NCBI RefSeq assembly: GCF_018350175.1
Contig: NC_058368.1
Location: 220,040,001-220,104,000 of the forward strand
Reading direction: 5' to 3'
Source of the DNA: Felis catus
Lineage: Eukaryota
DNA: 64,000 nucleotides
The translations under genes were made by a program, and so were the position numbers. Of the stretch, positions 62,786 through 64,000 are shown one piece after another (within the stretch, counting starts at the first letter, position 1; the number at the start of each line of letters is the position of its first letter). Below the pieces are notes generated by a model. It saw nothing but the letters and a program-made list of their open reading frames with translations, had not been told where the DNA came from and did no database searches.

Positions 62786-63600
62786 TCACATTCATATTTA
62801 TATTTATTTATATGTAGAGTTTATATATTTACATCTATCTCATACATATCATATATAAAATTTATATCCTATTATATATTATCTTCATAATATAGTTTAG
62901 ATAGATAGATAGATAGATAGATGAAAATATTTCTTATGAAGAATCGGAGAAATGTGGTTTTGGAGTCTAAGATGTTCCATGATCTGCCTTCTCCAAGCTG
63001 GAGACCCAGGATAGCCAATGGTATAATTCAGTCTGAATCCAGAGGATTGAGAACCAGGGGAGGTGACAGTGTAAAATTTCAGTCGTAAGGGAGAAGAAGA
63101 TAAGAAGAGATGCCCTAGCACAATCAGTGAGACAGAAAAGGGGGGTAAAGTCTGTATTCGTGCACCTTTAGTTCAGTTCAGGTCCTCGTTGACTGGATGC
63201 TACCCAATCATATCATATTGGGAAGAGCAATCTACTTCATTAAATCCAATGATTCCAATACTAATCTCATGTGGAAAAGCTCTCATAGACACTCAGAAAT
63301 GTTTAATCTGGGCACCCTGTAGCCAGTCAAATTGACACCTAAGACTAATCATCACAAATATGCATCACAGCCCTTTTCTATCAGCCCTTTCTTTCCCCTA
63401 ATCCTCATGTAGCTTCTCTGCTCATATCTATGGCTTATCTAACAGGACCAACTACCCTCTCATCTAAGAGGTCCCTAAGGCACTGATCACAAGACTTCCC
63501 AGGCCTTGCTTCTGCATTCATCTACTCACTACCGGGACTAGGTAGACGATTCAGAAGCAACACTTCAGTGGATCACCTGCGTACAAAGGTATTTGTCTCT
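62130..63600 (-). mobile_element. second LTR16-like ERVL: LTR (62130-62515) plus internal remnant, interrupted by MLT2
   Basis: ggaatgagtgtctcagtcctctgggaggtctg...atccactaca; the internal part resembles 6372-6780. Confidence 0.65.
62675..63356 (-). mobile_element. MLT2B-like LTR with internal TA/GATA microsatellite
   Basis: tgtattagtcagggttttccagagaaaaaagaacca...caagctggagacccagg...ttgacacctaagactaatcatcaca. Confidence 0.9.
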
Positions 63601-63699
63601 GACCCTACTGTATAACAGCATCCTTACCTGTTGCTGATAATAACTTTCAATTACATGTCCCCAAACAATATTACAGTGTTCCCAGGACAATATCACAGA

Positions 63700-64000
63700 T
63701 TTTGTTTTAAAAATTGCCACAGTTGTATATCTATTTCCACGTGTTTTTTCTGAAACTTGAAAATTTCCCATCAAGAAGTGGAGTCTACTGTACTTCCTGT
63801 TAAGCCTGGCAGGTTTATGACTGCTTCACCAAGAGAAGGGTGGAAAAGACGATGTGTGATTGATGCTAGGTTTTCCTCTTTGCGGGATGCTTGCAGCTCT
63901 GGAAAAAACAGTCACCATGTTTTGATGAGGTCCTAACTCACCTGATAGATACATGGAAAGGGCCACAGAGAGAAAACCTGAGCTTTTAGCCAGTATCAAT
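63700..64000 (+). mobile_element. MLT1F/G-like LTR, runs off right edge
   Basis: cccatcaagaagtggagtct...tgactgcttcaccaagagaag...gtcaccatgttttg. Confidence 0.75.

Overview
AT-rich, repeat-dense mammalian DNA, almost certainly from a cat-family (Felidae) genome. It carries about 25 carnivore tRNA-derived SINEs (Can-SINE/SINEC), five of them the young CpG-rich Felinae type. It also has felid/carnivore and ancient L1 fragments, ERVL (LTR16, LTR33, MLT2), MaLR (MLT1) and ERV1 LTRs, MIR/L2 relics, hAT-Charlie MERs and many microsatellites. I found no supportable protein-coding gene. The long ORFs are L1 ORF2 debris, SINE read-through or microsatellite artefacts, so the window looks intergenic or deep intronic. 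I see no convincing new biological system. The best leads are structural: an unexplained ~100-nt hairpin at 32.5 kb, a headless fold-back SINE pair sharing a non-consensus base, a SINE nested in the tail of an opposite-strand SINE, a twin-primed L1, nested LTR insertions with target-site duplications (TSDs), a possible Hox/TALE motif cluster and a few exon-like segments. Repeat subfamily names come from recalled consensus sequences and need RepeatMasker/Dfam confirmation. Boundaries without a TSD are approximate.
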